A DNA stretch of 64,000 bases from Lingula anatina (lineage: Eukaryota; Animalia; Brachiopoda): NCBI GenBank assembly GCA_051362555.1, contig CM120649.1, forward strand, positions 5,642,001 to 5,706,000, given 5' to 3'. A model generated the notes under the pieces. It saw only the letters and a list, made by a program, of their open reading frames with translations. It was not told the origin of the DNA and ran no database searches. How positions within the stretch are numbered: position 1 is the stretch's first letter; every line of letters begins with the position of its first letter. The position numbers and the translations under genes are program-made. This document shows, piece after piece, positions 25,188-38,700 of this stretch.

Positions 25188-26345
25188 ATGAGTACCAGTG
25201 CAAAACACCGGCAGTTTCACCAACGTCACGATGTTTTCGACAGCGAGGCCCACGGGTGTTGTTCACACGCCACAGGTACGCCTTCAGTGTTTCAAACCCT
25301 CGATGAACTGGATTTTAGTCGTGGCATTTGGAGCGCAGCGATGGATGGTGATGTCAAGAAGGTGGCTGATTATTTAAACAAAGGAGGAGATGTCAATACG
25401 CAAGACAATTCTGGATACACAGCTCTGGTAATTTAGATTAAAATTTGAAAATAGAGTCCAGCTGTGGTCATCACCATGTTTTTAGTTGCTCTTATAGTCC
25501 AGGAATTGGTCTGCCTATACACAAGTAAATTTGAACATTACACAAGTTATAGTTACATTTTGTAGGACTTATATATACTGCACTATATATATTTACATTT
25601 TTTCATATATATTAATAATTAATATATATAATTCAGTATTTATGTTATATACACATACATGCACACACACACATACACATCCTGTGTGACTCTTATCGTA
25701 TATATTTCATTTAAGCATTATGCCAGCAGAAATGGTCATCTGGCTGTGTGTGAGCTGTTGCTGACCAGTGGTGCCAGTGTGAATGTCCAGACCAGGGCAG
25801 GAGCTGCTACCCCCTTACACAGAGCTGCATACTGTGGACATCAGGACATTCTGCAGCTTTTAATGAAGTATGGAGCTAAGGAAGACATGGTGGATTCTGA
25901 TGGGAAGACAGCATTGCATAAGGTATTTAGATACCAGTAACTTGATTTTGAAATGTTTGCATAACCTAAAAATTTTTTATGTAATGTTACAAAAATATCT
26001 TTCGTTAGAAATTATTTGTTACATGTAGCAAATAGTAATGATGTTGCCATGTTGCATCTTTATCTTTTGTCTAATAACATATTAAATTATGTGAAAGTAC
26101 AGGTATATGACTTTGTCTTTTTATTCTTTCAGTTTTAATGTTTTTCATAAGTGTGGTTACCCATGTAGAAATCTGTTAATCCCAGTCTTCTGTTTCTTTA
26201 GGCTGCAGAAAATGGGCACAGTGGTTGCATGACTTTGTTAGTAGAGAAGAACCCAAGTCTGAAGTCAGTGGCTGATGTCAGAAATAAACTACCTAGAAAT
26301 TATGTGGCAAACGAAAGGACAGACCTGTTACAAATTCTGAGCTGA
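25188..26345 (+). CDS. ANKRD39: Ankyrin repeat domain-containing protein 39 (196 aa, 3 exons)
   Basis: Exons 25188-25427, 25716-25922, 26202-26345. Diagnostic CCSH..PSVFQTLDELDFSRGIWSAA, GYTALHYASRNGH and GATPLHRAAYCGH. Confidence 0.93.
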
Positions 26346-28232
26346 TAAATTTCTTGATATGGCTTTGAATCCTTCTTTACAATGTATTATGCAAAATACT
26401 GAATGTATGTTTTATATGACACTACAGAGTATAAAGTGGACTTGATTTCCATTATTATCAAATCAAAAGAATTATGAAAAAGTACCAATGAAAAATAAAC
26501 CACAGTTATAAACAAAGTATGCATGTTTTTAATTTTTATATATAAACTGAGTAGATATTCTGCCCAATATGTCTATCTGTACTGTCAACTTGTGACACAT
26601 CTGCCATGCTGTATTTTTGCTTATATTTATTACTTAAAATTTACAGATTAGCTTTGTTTGTTGAAAAAAAGGTTTCTTTCCTTGGGAAACCAGAATGATC
26701 ATATTATTTTTATAAAAGTTATTGATTTTTTTTTATTTTGCTTCTTTTTTGGGGGCAACATTTCCCTTTAACTGCCAGACTTTTTTTTAAAATTTTTTAA
26801 AAATTGTTTGTGATTTCTTTATTTTAATAAATTGACCTTTTCAAATTGTGAATATGAAGTTAAGGTCTCATGTCACTGCTACTTCCAATTTTGACATTTA
26901 CACTATCATGTCTGTCCAATTGGCATCTTTCTTTCCTTCTTTTCATTTTTTTTTTTCTTTTTTAATGGTTGGTCTCTGCACGTTTGCCAGCTTTGCTGTC
27001 TAGTTCACTTAATTTTAAATAAAATGCTATTTTTGTGCTGAAATTGCAAACCAATTTTTATTTAAATATGTTTTACATAAGTCCGTTAACTTTGACCATC
27101 AATTAAACATCAAATGCTTATGATAGGCTATATAAATATAATTACAAGACTATTTGCTCATTAAAATAAATTATCTTAACAATTTACCCTCTGAATTACT
27201 GAATTCCATCAAAAATATTTTCATTTAATGGACCTAAGTACAACAAAATTAAAAGAATATTGAAAACACAAACCTTGTAAAGATAACAGAAGAACAATAC
27301 ACATGACCAGCAGTGCAACATGGGAGAGAGAGAGAGAGAAATTTTGGATCAACCATAATTTCCTTTGATCTAATTAAGTGTAATACTTTTTATGACTTAA
27401 TATTTCTAAAAAAAAATCTCATCAACGCCAACTTTTGACTGTTTGTAAATTCCATTGTTAAGTGCTGTATAGTAGTATCACCCCCCAAAAAAAGACAGTT
27501 TGCTGTTAAAAGCTATGCAATCACCACACTTTCACCTATAACAAAAGTTTTGTTAACATGTTTTATGCAAGCAACAACATATTGATATAAATGATCATAA
27601 AGTTTAAAATATCCATTAAGATATATATATAAATTATATATGCGCAGCATTCATTTTGACAAGTATTCACTGTACAGTACATATAACATGTACATTTGGA
27701 GGCTAGCATTATACCAAATCAGTTAACAATCACACAGAAAGACTGGCACAATTAAAACGGAGATTGATCAACTAAGTAAAAGGGGAGCACAGAGAGAGAG
27801 ACCAGCTCTATGTGTTTTTTCTCCTTTGCTTAGGGAGCATTCAGATAAACCTATGATACTAGCCTCTTAGATCCAACTCTAAAGGGATTCTCACTTAAGT
27901 GCAGTCTGTGTAACCAACTTAATTGTCTGAGAGGCCTCATTGATTAGCAAAGCAGTAATTAACTATTGTGCACGCTTGGCTATCTGAAGCTCTTTTACTT
28001 AAAGATGCATGTCAGGCAATTAAGCTTATTTCACTGAATGCACTTCAATGAGAATCGACACAGAGTTGAATTGATCCAGCTAGTAAAATAGGTTTATCTG
28101 CACTTGGTCTAAGTATCATTTACTGTCTTAAGCCAATAAAGTGTTTGGTCATTTTTTTTTCATTAAAAATTAGTTATATATTCCTTTAAAATCTAAAAAA
28201 ACTGATCAAAAAGACCAATTAACTACAATAAA

Positions 28233-29482
28233 CTACCAGGTTACATAATTTACGCCTTGCATGGCAGATAAGACCTGTATCTTAGGGCAAAGCTGTGTGT
28301 GATATGTCAAATCGCTCATCGTCTCAAATCCTAGCAGACACCCCTGGCACTGAAACACCTTCCCACTATTAGCCGCTGCCTCCTCCCCACTCCCCTGGGA
28401 TACAGGGAACAGCATTGACAGTGGCACTGTGGTACTTGAAGGTACCATCCTCCCCACTTGCAGACCTTGACCTTGACCCAATTCTTCAGATGTTAAGGTC
28501 GCTTGGGGAACATTACTCAGCATTGCTGTGCTAGGGGATCCATCTGGAACTGCCTGTAACGAAGTTGCTGCTGTGTTTGTGTTAGCAGTACCAGTCTGTG
28601 CAACGTTTTGAAACATGATCTCTGTAGAGTTGGCATAAGCATCGCCATGAGTTGCCTTGATATGTTTTCGGAGTATTCTCACTTCAGAGAACTGTTTCTG
28701 GCAGACAACACACTGGTAAGGCTTGATCCCCAGGTGAAGCAATTCATGGCGGTTACAGTCATGTTTTTCAGTGAACCTACGGTTGCAGTGACTACATGCA
28801 TAGGGTCGTATACCATTGTGACGACGCATGTGCACTTTTAAATGATGTTCACGCCTGAAGGCTTTTTCACAAATGGTGCACTGGTATGGGCGAACATCGG
28901 TGTGAGTCAGCTCATGGCGTTTTAGATAACGGATGTGGGCGAATTGTTTGCCACAGGTAGCACAGGTGTAGGGCATTTCACCTGTGTGACTGCACATGTG
29001 GGCATTAAGACGATCGAGTTTCAGGAATCCCAAGTTGCATATTTCACATTTGTGAGGTTTCTCACCCGTATGGTGCCACATGTGCTTCTGCATGTTGGAG
29101 GAGTTATTAAATCCCTTGCCACATTCTTTACACTGCAAATAAAAAAATTTTAAATGTTCAAATATTGAAAGTTTTTTTTCAGATCTTTTTGATTACTAAA
29201 AGATGAACTTCTTTTTCTGCAATATTTTTTTTCTAACTTCCCAATGTTTTCCTGTTTGACTAGAAAATAAAGAAAACAAAAAAATATGCTTGTATTCATT
29301 GTAACACAACAATGTTAAAATGGTGTAGTGTCAAAGAATGTGCATGTTTGCACTCATTTTGCCATAAAAGACTGAAAAAAGTTTCTCTTAATTTGGTTTA
29401 TCAACCATATATTCACTTTATTTTTGGCCAGGATAATTGGGAATGTTGTATACTTATTTACACTCTTAAAAATCATTTTGAA

Positions 29483-29516
<34 letters not shown>

Positions 29517-32442
29517 TGTGTGTGAATGTGTTTGCGTGCACAAACCTGAAAAGGCTTTTTCTCCCTATGAATTACACTGTGCTGTTTCAATGACACCCCA
29601 TCGGCAAACATCTTCCCACAAATCTCACATATAAAGTTCTTAACTCCTGTATGTGATAACACATGTGATAGCAAGCTACTCTGTTGTCTGTAAGATTTGC
29701 CACATTGTTCACAACAAAATGGTCGCTCGTCAGTATGTGTGCGCTCATGAACTTCCAAACTGTGTTTGCTTGCAAGAAGTTTATCGCAGAGGGAACACTT
29801 GAATAGCCTTTTGCCATGCGATCCTCTGTGCTCAACGAGTTCATCCCAGGATTGAAACTGTGTATCACAGCGTCGGCATTTGTACTGCTTTTTTCCAAAA
29901 TGGCGTCTTCTATGTTTCTGAAGATTTTTCTTACGTGGAAATATTTTGCCACATACGTCACATGCTAAAGGGCCAGCAGCTTTGCTGGGTTTCACAAGGC
30001 ATAGAACTCTACGATGGCGCATAAGTGTCTCTCTTTTCCCAAAGACTTTTCCACATGATGTACAGGTGAAAATTAACTCTTTTCCAAGGAAAAGGTCATC
30101 TGTGTCTTTCTGTTTCTGCTTGGGAACATATTTCTTCTTTGGTTTGTAATCTGGATCTTTAGCATCATCACAGTCATCATCTTTTGTTGCCCACTGCTCA
30201 TTTTCTTCACCACTAGATGGAGCTGTTTCCAAGATAATGTCTTCCTTTTCTATTTGATTAACTGGTGTCTTTAATGCTGCTGATGAGTGCCTTCTAACAG
30301 AATTCCTTGTTGGTCGAACATCTGCCTGTGTTGTCTCAAAATCATACAGTCCTATTTGCCTGCTTTTTGTAGTTTCCTGATTCTTCACTTTAGGCGGTCT
30401 ACCTCTCCGTTTTCCAGATTTGGTTAGTCCCTTAGGTTTAAGCTTTACAGCAAGCTTTGGTCGAGGTTTCTTGGGGGCTGGAGGTGGGGATTTGCAAGCC
30501 TTTGCACTGTACCCCACAGGAATTTGTAGCCCTGAAGAGCAATAGGTATCCTGGGCAGTGGCCACATACTGCGCGTACACCTCACACATTTCACATACCA
30601 CCTGCCTGTATATATCCCTTTGTTCAAATGGCAGTGTTTTTTCATCTGTGCATGTGAACAGTAACAATAAAAAAGCCTCCAGGGCAAGATCTTGGGTTGT
30701 GTTATCATATATGGGGCTGATATTCAACCCATACTCCTTGGTGAGTGAATGCACCAGTTCTTCATCAAGTTCTAAGGAGGTCCCTGACACCTTGGAATCA
30801 TTCTCACGGGCATCAGTTCCTGCTAATCGTAAAGTGTCATGTTCTCCACCTAAAGGAGATTCATTTCTGTCCCTTAGTTCAGAAATATGAAATTTTTGTT
30901 GGTTTTGCAAAGTGGAGGATTCTTCTAGAAATGCCTCATGATCTTCCGATACAACATTTTTTTCAGTCTGACTTGATGTTGTATTTTGTTGCTCAACATT
31001 TGAAAAAACAGCTTCACCGATTTTACAGTCAAATGCTTTTGATAGCAATTCTCCTTTTTTCTTTGGATTGTCACTTTCAATGTCTTTACTGTAAGAATTG
31101 TCCACATCAGGTAAGATTACATGCACATTGCTTTCAACAGAACTGTCTATTGTTTGATCAGCTTCCACTTTCTCATTTTGGTTTAAGGTTTCTTTTTCCT
31201 CTTCTGTGATTATCTTTGTTGTGGCATGGTTACTGTTTCCCAACAAATCTTTCCCACTGTCTAAAAATTGACATGTATCATCTTCACTGGATGAAAAAAC
31301 AGAAATGCTCCTGACATCTTGGATTTTTAGACCAGTCACTGAGGTGTTTTGGGAAAATTGGTTTGTTTCAATTTCTTTGTTTTGATCACTTGGACCTTGT
31401 TTTCCCAGATGGGCCTGGAAAATGAAATTGAAATGTAAATATGACAAATTTAAGGCTAAGACTTTAAAACACAAAGCCACATATATATGTAAAATTTACA
31501 ACATAATCCAATACAAGTTCATGATAAAAATTACAAAATATATTTAAAAATCTACTCATTACAAGCACTCAACAAGTACTAGTAAATGCATGTGTGTGCA
31601 TGCATCTGCATAAAGCAGAGCATAAAAATTCTAAATCCGCTTTCAACAAACTGTTTCTACATTCCCGTAGCCCAGGGGGGATCGAGGTTCAAACAAACTG
31701 CCCTTCTTGCCCAGAAAAGGTCCACTCTGGGTAAAATTTGATCTACATATGTAAGTACATGAAGGTTTCATAGTAAAAAGGTCTACTTTTTAAGAAAGGA
31801 TCCCACCCCTTTAAAATTGCTTATTACAGAGCTTTAATAATTAATTACTGTAACACCATGAAGGCATATCCATATGGATCGACCTAACTCCCTGGGTGTT
31901 CACACTAAATTGCTAACAGCTCAAGAGGGGGGCGTCTCGATAGTCCGAAGGTTCATTGGTCCGAAGGTTCATTGGTCCGAAAAGTGGTAACATTTTCATC
32001 AATTTTTTAATCAAGGGTTCATTGGTCCGAAGGTTCTATAGTGAACATTTGGACCAATGAACCTTGGGACTATTGAACCTTCGGACTATCGCTACGGCCC
32101 TCTCAAGAGACTTTAATGTCTGCCACGCCTACTGAATCAGCTAGGGGTAAAGATAATTACCCCCTAACAGTTTTACTGGTAGTGACAGACGTTTAAGCCG
32201 GTTAGTTTGATAACAATTTAGTAAGACTCCCCAGGGAGATAGATCCATCCAAATATGCATGTGCATGTTTGCACTCATTTTGCTATAAAAGACTGATCCA
32301 AATATCTGTGGGAATGGTCTCTTAGTGTATCACCATGAAGGCATACCAGTGTGTCCTTGCAACAGTCTTGGCTGATGTATCCCAGTGCCTTCGTCAAGTC
32401 CACATACGGCCTGCCGTGATAAAGCTGACATGGTATCGCCAT
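28233..32442 (-). CDS. AT-hook plus multi-C2H2 zinc-finger protein (about 954 aa, 3 coding exons)
   Basis: Exons 32442-32347, 31414-29546, 29132-28233, phase-0 GT-AG joins. AT-hook KRRGRPPK, 11 C2H2 fingers (several with TGEKP-like linkers) and 2 C2HC-type fingers. Confidence 0.9.
31870..32323. mobile_element. Degenerate third copy of the TAA MITE, carrying nested insertions
   Basis: gatcgacctaactccctggg.gttcac.ctaaattg and taattaccccct..cag..tt..gacagacg.ttaagccgg..gactcccca align with 62895-63120. Confidence 0.75.
31928..32101. mobile_element. 174-bp MITE with 8-bp TSD, nested in the TAA MITE
   Basis: TSD ctcaagag (31920-31927 and 32102-32109). Inverted cgatagtccgaaggttca / tgaaccttcggactatcg. 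Internal 16-bp tandem ggtccgaaggttcatt. Confidence 0.85.
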
Positions 32443-32751
32443 GACTGTGGTGACTTCAACTGAAAAGAAAGAAACATAAGACATTTTAGATTTGTCCATA
32501 TCAAATTAACATACTGCCTGCTGTAATAAAGCTGGCATGCTATCCCCAAGATGAAAAGAAAGAAAAAAGTTAAAGGGGTACCGGTATGAGGACTAGGGTA
32601 GTTTGCCTCATGACTTTTAAAGCATTTCTGTAGACCAGATTCTGTGACCTGTGTTAACAAATGTGAACCTCAGTAGAAAAAAACTGAATTATAACAAGAA
32701 GAAAAAATATGTGGGTGGACCTAATGTGCAGGAAAAATTAACCCCCCCCCC

Positions 32752-32785
<34 letters not shown>

Positions 32786-35770
32786 AAAAACAACTGAAAA
32801 CTTCAAGAGAATAATAAATAAAGAAATAATTACACATAGAAACAAAATAAAGTCAAGTGGGCCTAGTTGGGTGAAGCAGGAATTTTTTATTTAAAAAAAT
32901 ACGGAAACAGTGGAAAAATTGGGAATTTGATTTTAATGTTAAATAAAAGGCTGACCCCGGAAGATTAAAATAATGGACACACTGTTTGTTCTGTAAAGGC
33001 ACTGTCGCTCTGGGAGGACAAGCTGCAAGTCAGAAATAATCCACGAGAATAACTAGGGTGTATAAAAATTGAGAAGTTTATACTGAGTCAGCAAAACACT
33101 GAATTCTAACAACATTACCACAACACTTCACTGCCCTGCAGTCTCCAGTCTACGCAGCCCTCCGCTCCAGGCGAGTGCCCTCCCCGGCAGCAACACAGTG
33201 GAATCGGTCAGGTGCGCCTCGCTTAGCACACTTAAATTTTCACAGAAGGTTTGCATATGCAATAATATTTCAGATAATGAAAATATTGCATCGACATACT
33301 ATCAAGCTCTTTTGCGGTATAACTTCAAGGGCTTTTAGTGCCTAGATCATGATTTTCCTTACGGTTTGTGGTATCTTTAGACCTAGTTCCACTAAAAATT
33401 ATTTTCTGCACGTTTCTTGATTTTAGGATTTATATCTGTCAGTGCGTAAAAAATGTCCTCATGCATAAAAAAAGTAAGAATCTTTCTTCTCTTTCTGTTG
33501 ATTATTTTATCAAAGAAAAAAGGCATGAGCAAAACGCATTGAGTACTGTTTATATGGTTTTTATATTTGGGGAACTAGTCAAAGAAAGACACCACAAAAT
33601 TGCCTTAGTTGAGACAGAAGGAACAAATTAAACTGTTTCATTTTCCGTGCTTTTTAAACCTTGAATAAACAGCATATAGGGGAAATTCCGAATTTCAGTT
33701 GCTCATGCTCCCTCTTTTCCCAGATTCTATTCGACACCATTACCAAACAGGAAACGGTATAGATATGCTAGCAATGTACCGTATGAGCTCAGGCTGACCA
33801 AATGAGGGTTTTATACACAAACACGTACTCCAACTCTTGCTGTATATCATTCAACATTTATTCCACAAAATAATAAAAAAAAGTAATAGAAAAAGAAGAA
33901 AGAAAGAAAAACAAAAGTTAAAGAAAAAATCAACTGCCTGTGACTGTACATTATATATAATACACCAATGTTAAGTACATGAAGAACACACTGGACGGAA
34001 AACAAATTGTCAACAAAAATGCGCAACGGTGCAGGTTAGTTCTTGTTCCATCATATAAAACACATTCAAAATCCTGCAGGTGTTGCCACAACTTTACTTT
34101 TCTCATAGAACCAATTATATTATATATATAGTGGCAAGAGTTGAAAATTAATAAAAGGTGTAGTATATGTATAGTATAGTCACCATTAGTCTTGGTGCTA
34201 GGATAGGTAGGAACACCCCAGTTTCAGAGATTACTGAATCTAACCACATATTTTTGTCGATGAAACTCAGGGTTGATGAAAGAATCATTTGCCAACTTAC
34301 AACTAGGCTATGTTGAAAAAAAATTCACATATTTAACATGCATATCCCTAACACAGGTATGTTAACTTTTCATTCTTTCTACAAGCAAATATTGTATTTT
34401 AAATTTTTAACAATTTCTCATAACATTTTCTGCAATTATGCTTTAAGTTAGTAAAACTGCAACAGCTATTAGTACCATAAATCTAATTTTACATATAAGC
34501 TTTTTTATGTACATACTAAAATATCACATGACTGTAGCTTTCACTTAACAGGCACTTAATACATTGGCATAAATGCATAGCGGTATCATTAATTTTTGGT
34601 TTTTGAAAGTAAATTAAACTTGAAATATTACAATCAAGTTATTTAGTAAACTGCTGCCAGGATATCACAATAAAGTTTTTGTCACTTAACGTACCACAGA
34701 GGATTTTTTTTAATTCATAATAAACTGCAATTGATGGTTTGTTTTGCTACTAGTGCACACATTGAATATTGTAGAATTGTTAAATGGTACACAGCTAAAA
34801 CCAACATTCATTTTAGCTTATTTTTTATCTATGCTGTGAATTTATGTAAAAAGCAAAATGATTCACTAAAAATTCATTCAAGAAATAATTCACCATTTTA
34901 CACTTTTCCAAGGTGCAAATGTTAAATCAATCTAACTTCCACAATGTACAAAAACTGCAACAAACAACACAGATTGCAAAAATAATCATCTAAACAGGAC
35001 ATGTGATCCTACTTTGTCCTGTGGGTAATCAAGAAAAGTTTTTCAAAAATATGCATGATAGTCTTTTTATGGTGTAATAACATAAAATCTACTTTCAAGT
35101 AACATTGAAATAAAAAGAAACTGATGGGCATGGTTTTATACCACATACAGTAATACTAGAGCACCACAAGTACTTAATTTGCCAGAAATTTGTTAATTCA
35201 ATACATCTTCAACAGTGAGAAAAAATAATTTTTTTTTTTTGTTGTTCTTTTTTTTTTTTACTCTTGCCATATTACATGTACTACTAATTAAATATGAGCA
35301 TCATGCAACTTTAATACAAATCTTTTTTTTGGAAGACCCTGTAAATGTGTGTGCCTTCCTCATAACCAAAACCTAGAATGAATTAAGGGTCATTCAACTC
35401 TTAAATTCCCATATTTTTTTTTTCCTTTTTGGACATGACCACTGTAACTTGAGCATAGTGACTAAATAATGCTGCTAGTCAAATCTGTCTGAGTTCATTG
35501 ATAAACTTATATGATCTCATACAGGTTTTGGAAATTGAACGAGCTTCTATAAAACAAGTACGTATAAGAGGTAAGAGTAATCTGCATTAGAACTGATTCC
35601 ATAAAGTGCTTTCTTAATTATCTTTCTGTGCTTGTCCCACATTCAATACATGCATGTGCATTTATCCCTTTGTGAATATTGCATCCCTCCAGCATCAGAT
35701 GCCTGAGTTGATGATCAAATAGAGGATGAGTTAAAAAAAAAAAAAAGAAAAAAAAAAAAAAAACAATGTG

Positions 35771-38700
35771 TTATTCTGTCATATCATTGGAGTCATCTGT
35801 GGTCATGAAAGCTGGCTCAGTAACAAAGGACGGATGGTCATCATGCTGGGGTCTTCTTTTTCTGGACTGGCGCCTCAACTGGACCTTCAATGAAGAAGAC
35901 AGGTAAATCAGATCCCACATCAAGTTTTTGAAGTTCACATCAACAAGGTAATATTCACGTTGAAAAGCAGTTTATTTTTTCAATTAAATGGTCTTTAGTC
36001 AAAACATCATAAAAAATAGGCTTTTTTTTTTTAAAGTGTAGAACATTTTAACATCTTTCACCTATTAGTTCATACTTATTAAAATGCCTTTCCATTGTAG
36101 TGCAAGTACATGTGAAGTTTCAATCAGCTACATTAAATGTTGTTCGACTAACAAAAAAGAAAAAGAAATAGATATGACATACCTGTAACTGCAACTTGTT
36201 GGTAAAGAATAATTTCTTCCAGCCCTGTTCATTTGCCAACTGTTGCAGCTGAGGTGTTATAGGGGTTTCACTGTTGGCGCGATAAATCTTTTCCCACAGT
36301 TCGTTGCTGTTACACAACTGGTATTCAAATAAAAGGGGAGCCATTTAAATCAAAATTATACATATTCATTGAATATATCATTATACTGATACCAAATGTG
36401 TCTTTTTTGAAACAAGAGAAAATATATACATTACTGTTACGTAAGGAATGCATTTTACGGCTCTTTTCTAAAAAAAAAAAAAAAAAAAATTGCAAAGAAA
36501 ATAAAGTAAAAAATTCTAAACAAAATATTAAAACAGTACTAAGTGCAATTCACCCATTATGTTCACAACCTTTAAAACCCAAATGAATGCATCTACTTCT
36601 GCACAAACTACAAACATTTAATTACAAGTAGCCACACCAACTATAATGTACGGAAAGAACTTCTTAACAGAATCAAATTATGACACAGAAACATAATATA
36701 CTATAACCTTTATCCATAATACAAAATTACTGACCTCCCTGAATTGCTTAGAGACTTGTGCTACCCTGGCTAGATCTTCAAGCTCCAGGTAGGAAAGAAT
36801 TCTAATGATATGCTCTGGTGGCATTCTGGGGAAATAGTCAATGTGTCCCTCTGCAATCCTTTTCACATATTCCAGGAAATGTACACCAAATACCCTGTGG
36901 ACTTCACCTGGATTCAAATACAAAGTTGTGTGATAAAAAGTTTTCTGTATATTACTTTGACAAAACACTGAGAAAAGTCAAAACTGACACATAATATAAG
37001 CAAGATGTGAAATGCAGATAAAATAGTAATAAGTCTGAAAAACAAAAACTAGCTTTTCACCAGGCAATTGTGTTGTTATACTTATAAAAAAAAAATATTT
37101 AGATAAAATAACAATGATAAATAAATGATTATAATAAATGAATTTAATTAAAGATGATTGCCTACATCCAATTACATCAGAAAGTCATAAGAGAGTAAAT
37201 ATTTCTGATGTTAATCAACACATGTATGATATATAATTTGCTGAATGTTATTCTCAGCCTATTGGTATTCTCTGATTGTAAGAACAAAGTGGTCAGTATT
37301 GCAGTGGGTGTGCTGACCATGCACACCCACTGCACCTTATTTACATAACTGAACACTTTTTACAATCACACCCTTTAGTGTATGCAGTGGGTCAGTCTTT
37401 TGTCAGTCTTCAGAAAGTCTCACAGTGATAGTGGCAGAATTTATTGGAAAGAAGCATATAAATGGTGGGTGGAACATTTATGTATTTATTTACATATAAT
37501 TGATCAAATGTATTTCTTTTCCATGTTCTAATAATGTAAATGCTAGTTTGGCCATGTAATGACTTTCATTGATCAAAGATGGTAAGACTAGAATTTTTAA
37601 AATGAACTTGTGGTAATACATTTCAATTCACTTTGGAAGTAATACATTTTGTAGCACTGAATAATATCTATAGATAGCAGGAAAGCTGTTTAAAGTATGA
37701 ACTAATTTGTATGCTAAACAATGAGTTGTAATTTGGGGTGTGACTGAAATGCGCAATACACTGCAATACAGCGCAACATAGCGCAATACACTTGAAAAAA
37801 ACAAGTCCAGCCACAAGTAAACATGAGAAAGGGTGAATTCAAACAAAATAGGTCGATATGAAAGCAAAATATATCAGTAAGTATTGAATATTGCTGATAC
37901 ACCGCAAGAGATTGACACATTTTTTTTCAATGTTGGGTCAGCTGCCATGTTGGTGATTGGCTCTTCTTGGCCAGTAATATATCCAAGAAGAGCTACTCAC
38001 CAATATGGCTGCTGACCCGACAATATAAAAGTCTCGCCGATTTGTTAAGTTTTATCTACAATATTACTTTAATAGTAATGCAGTTTGCTTTTAAATCACC
38101 CTACTTTGTTGGAAATGGCTGTTTCTTTTATGTGATTGCAACTTAACTTGTTTTTTCAAGTGTATTGCGCTGTGTTGCGCTGTATTGCAGTGTGTTGCGC
38201 ATTTCAGTCACACCATTGTAATTTGTGTTATTTGTTTTTAGTTTACGGCAGTTTTCGGCTTTTAGGAGAAATAAAGAATTATGCCATTTGTTGACATTTG
38301 TCTTCTTAATTCTGTGGCCCAGATGAGCTACACTGATTCTTACTTTGCGTCCTATCATCATGCAAAAAATCATCATAAGATTCCTTGATTTCTCCTGGTG
38401 GTGCCTTCTTCCCTTCATTTCTTGGAGATATTTTCCACCAACGAAATATTACCTACAAAAAGAAACAGGAGTTAAATATTTCAGTGTGATGTTTTTGAAT
38501 AAATAAATAAACAGATGAATAAATAAATAAATAAATTATATGGATACAGTCATACAGAGATACAACAGCACTGTTTGACCTAAGCTGCTAGGGATCAGAA
38601 TGGCAGACATCAAGAACTTTACCATGTATATACTAGTAAAATTTATGTGTTCAAATCATCCAAATTCAGCACTTCATATTGACTAGAATTCTACTCTTAA

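Noticed and set aside
28608-31209. Plus-strand ORFs opposite the zinc-finger gene
   Set aside because: Antisense shadows with no recognisable motifs.
31940-32090. CRISPR-like short repeats
   Set aside because: The units are tandem or inverted without unique spacers. They are MITE subrepeats in a eukaryotic intron.
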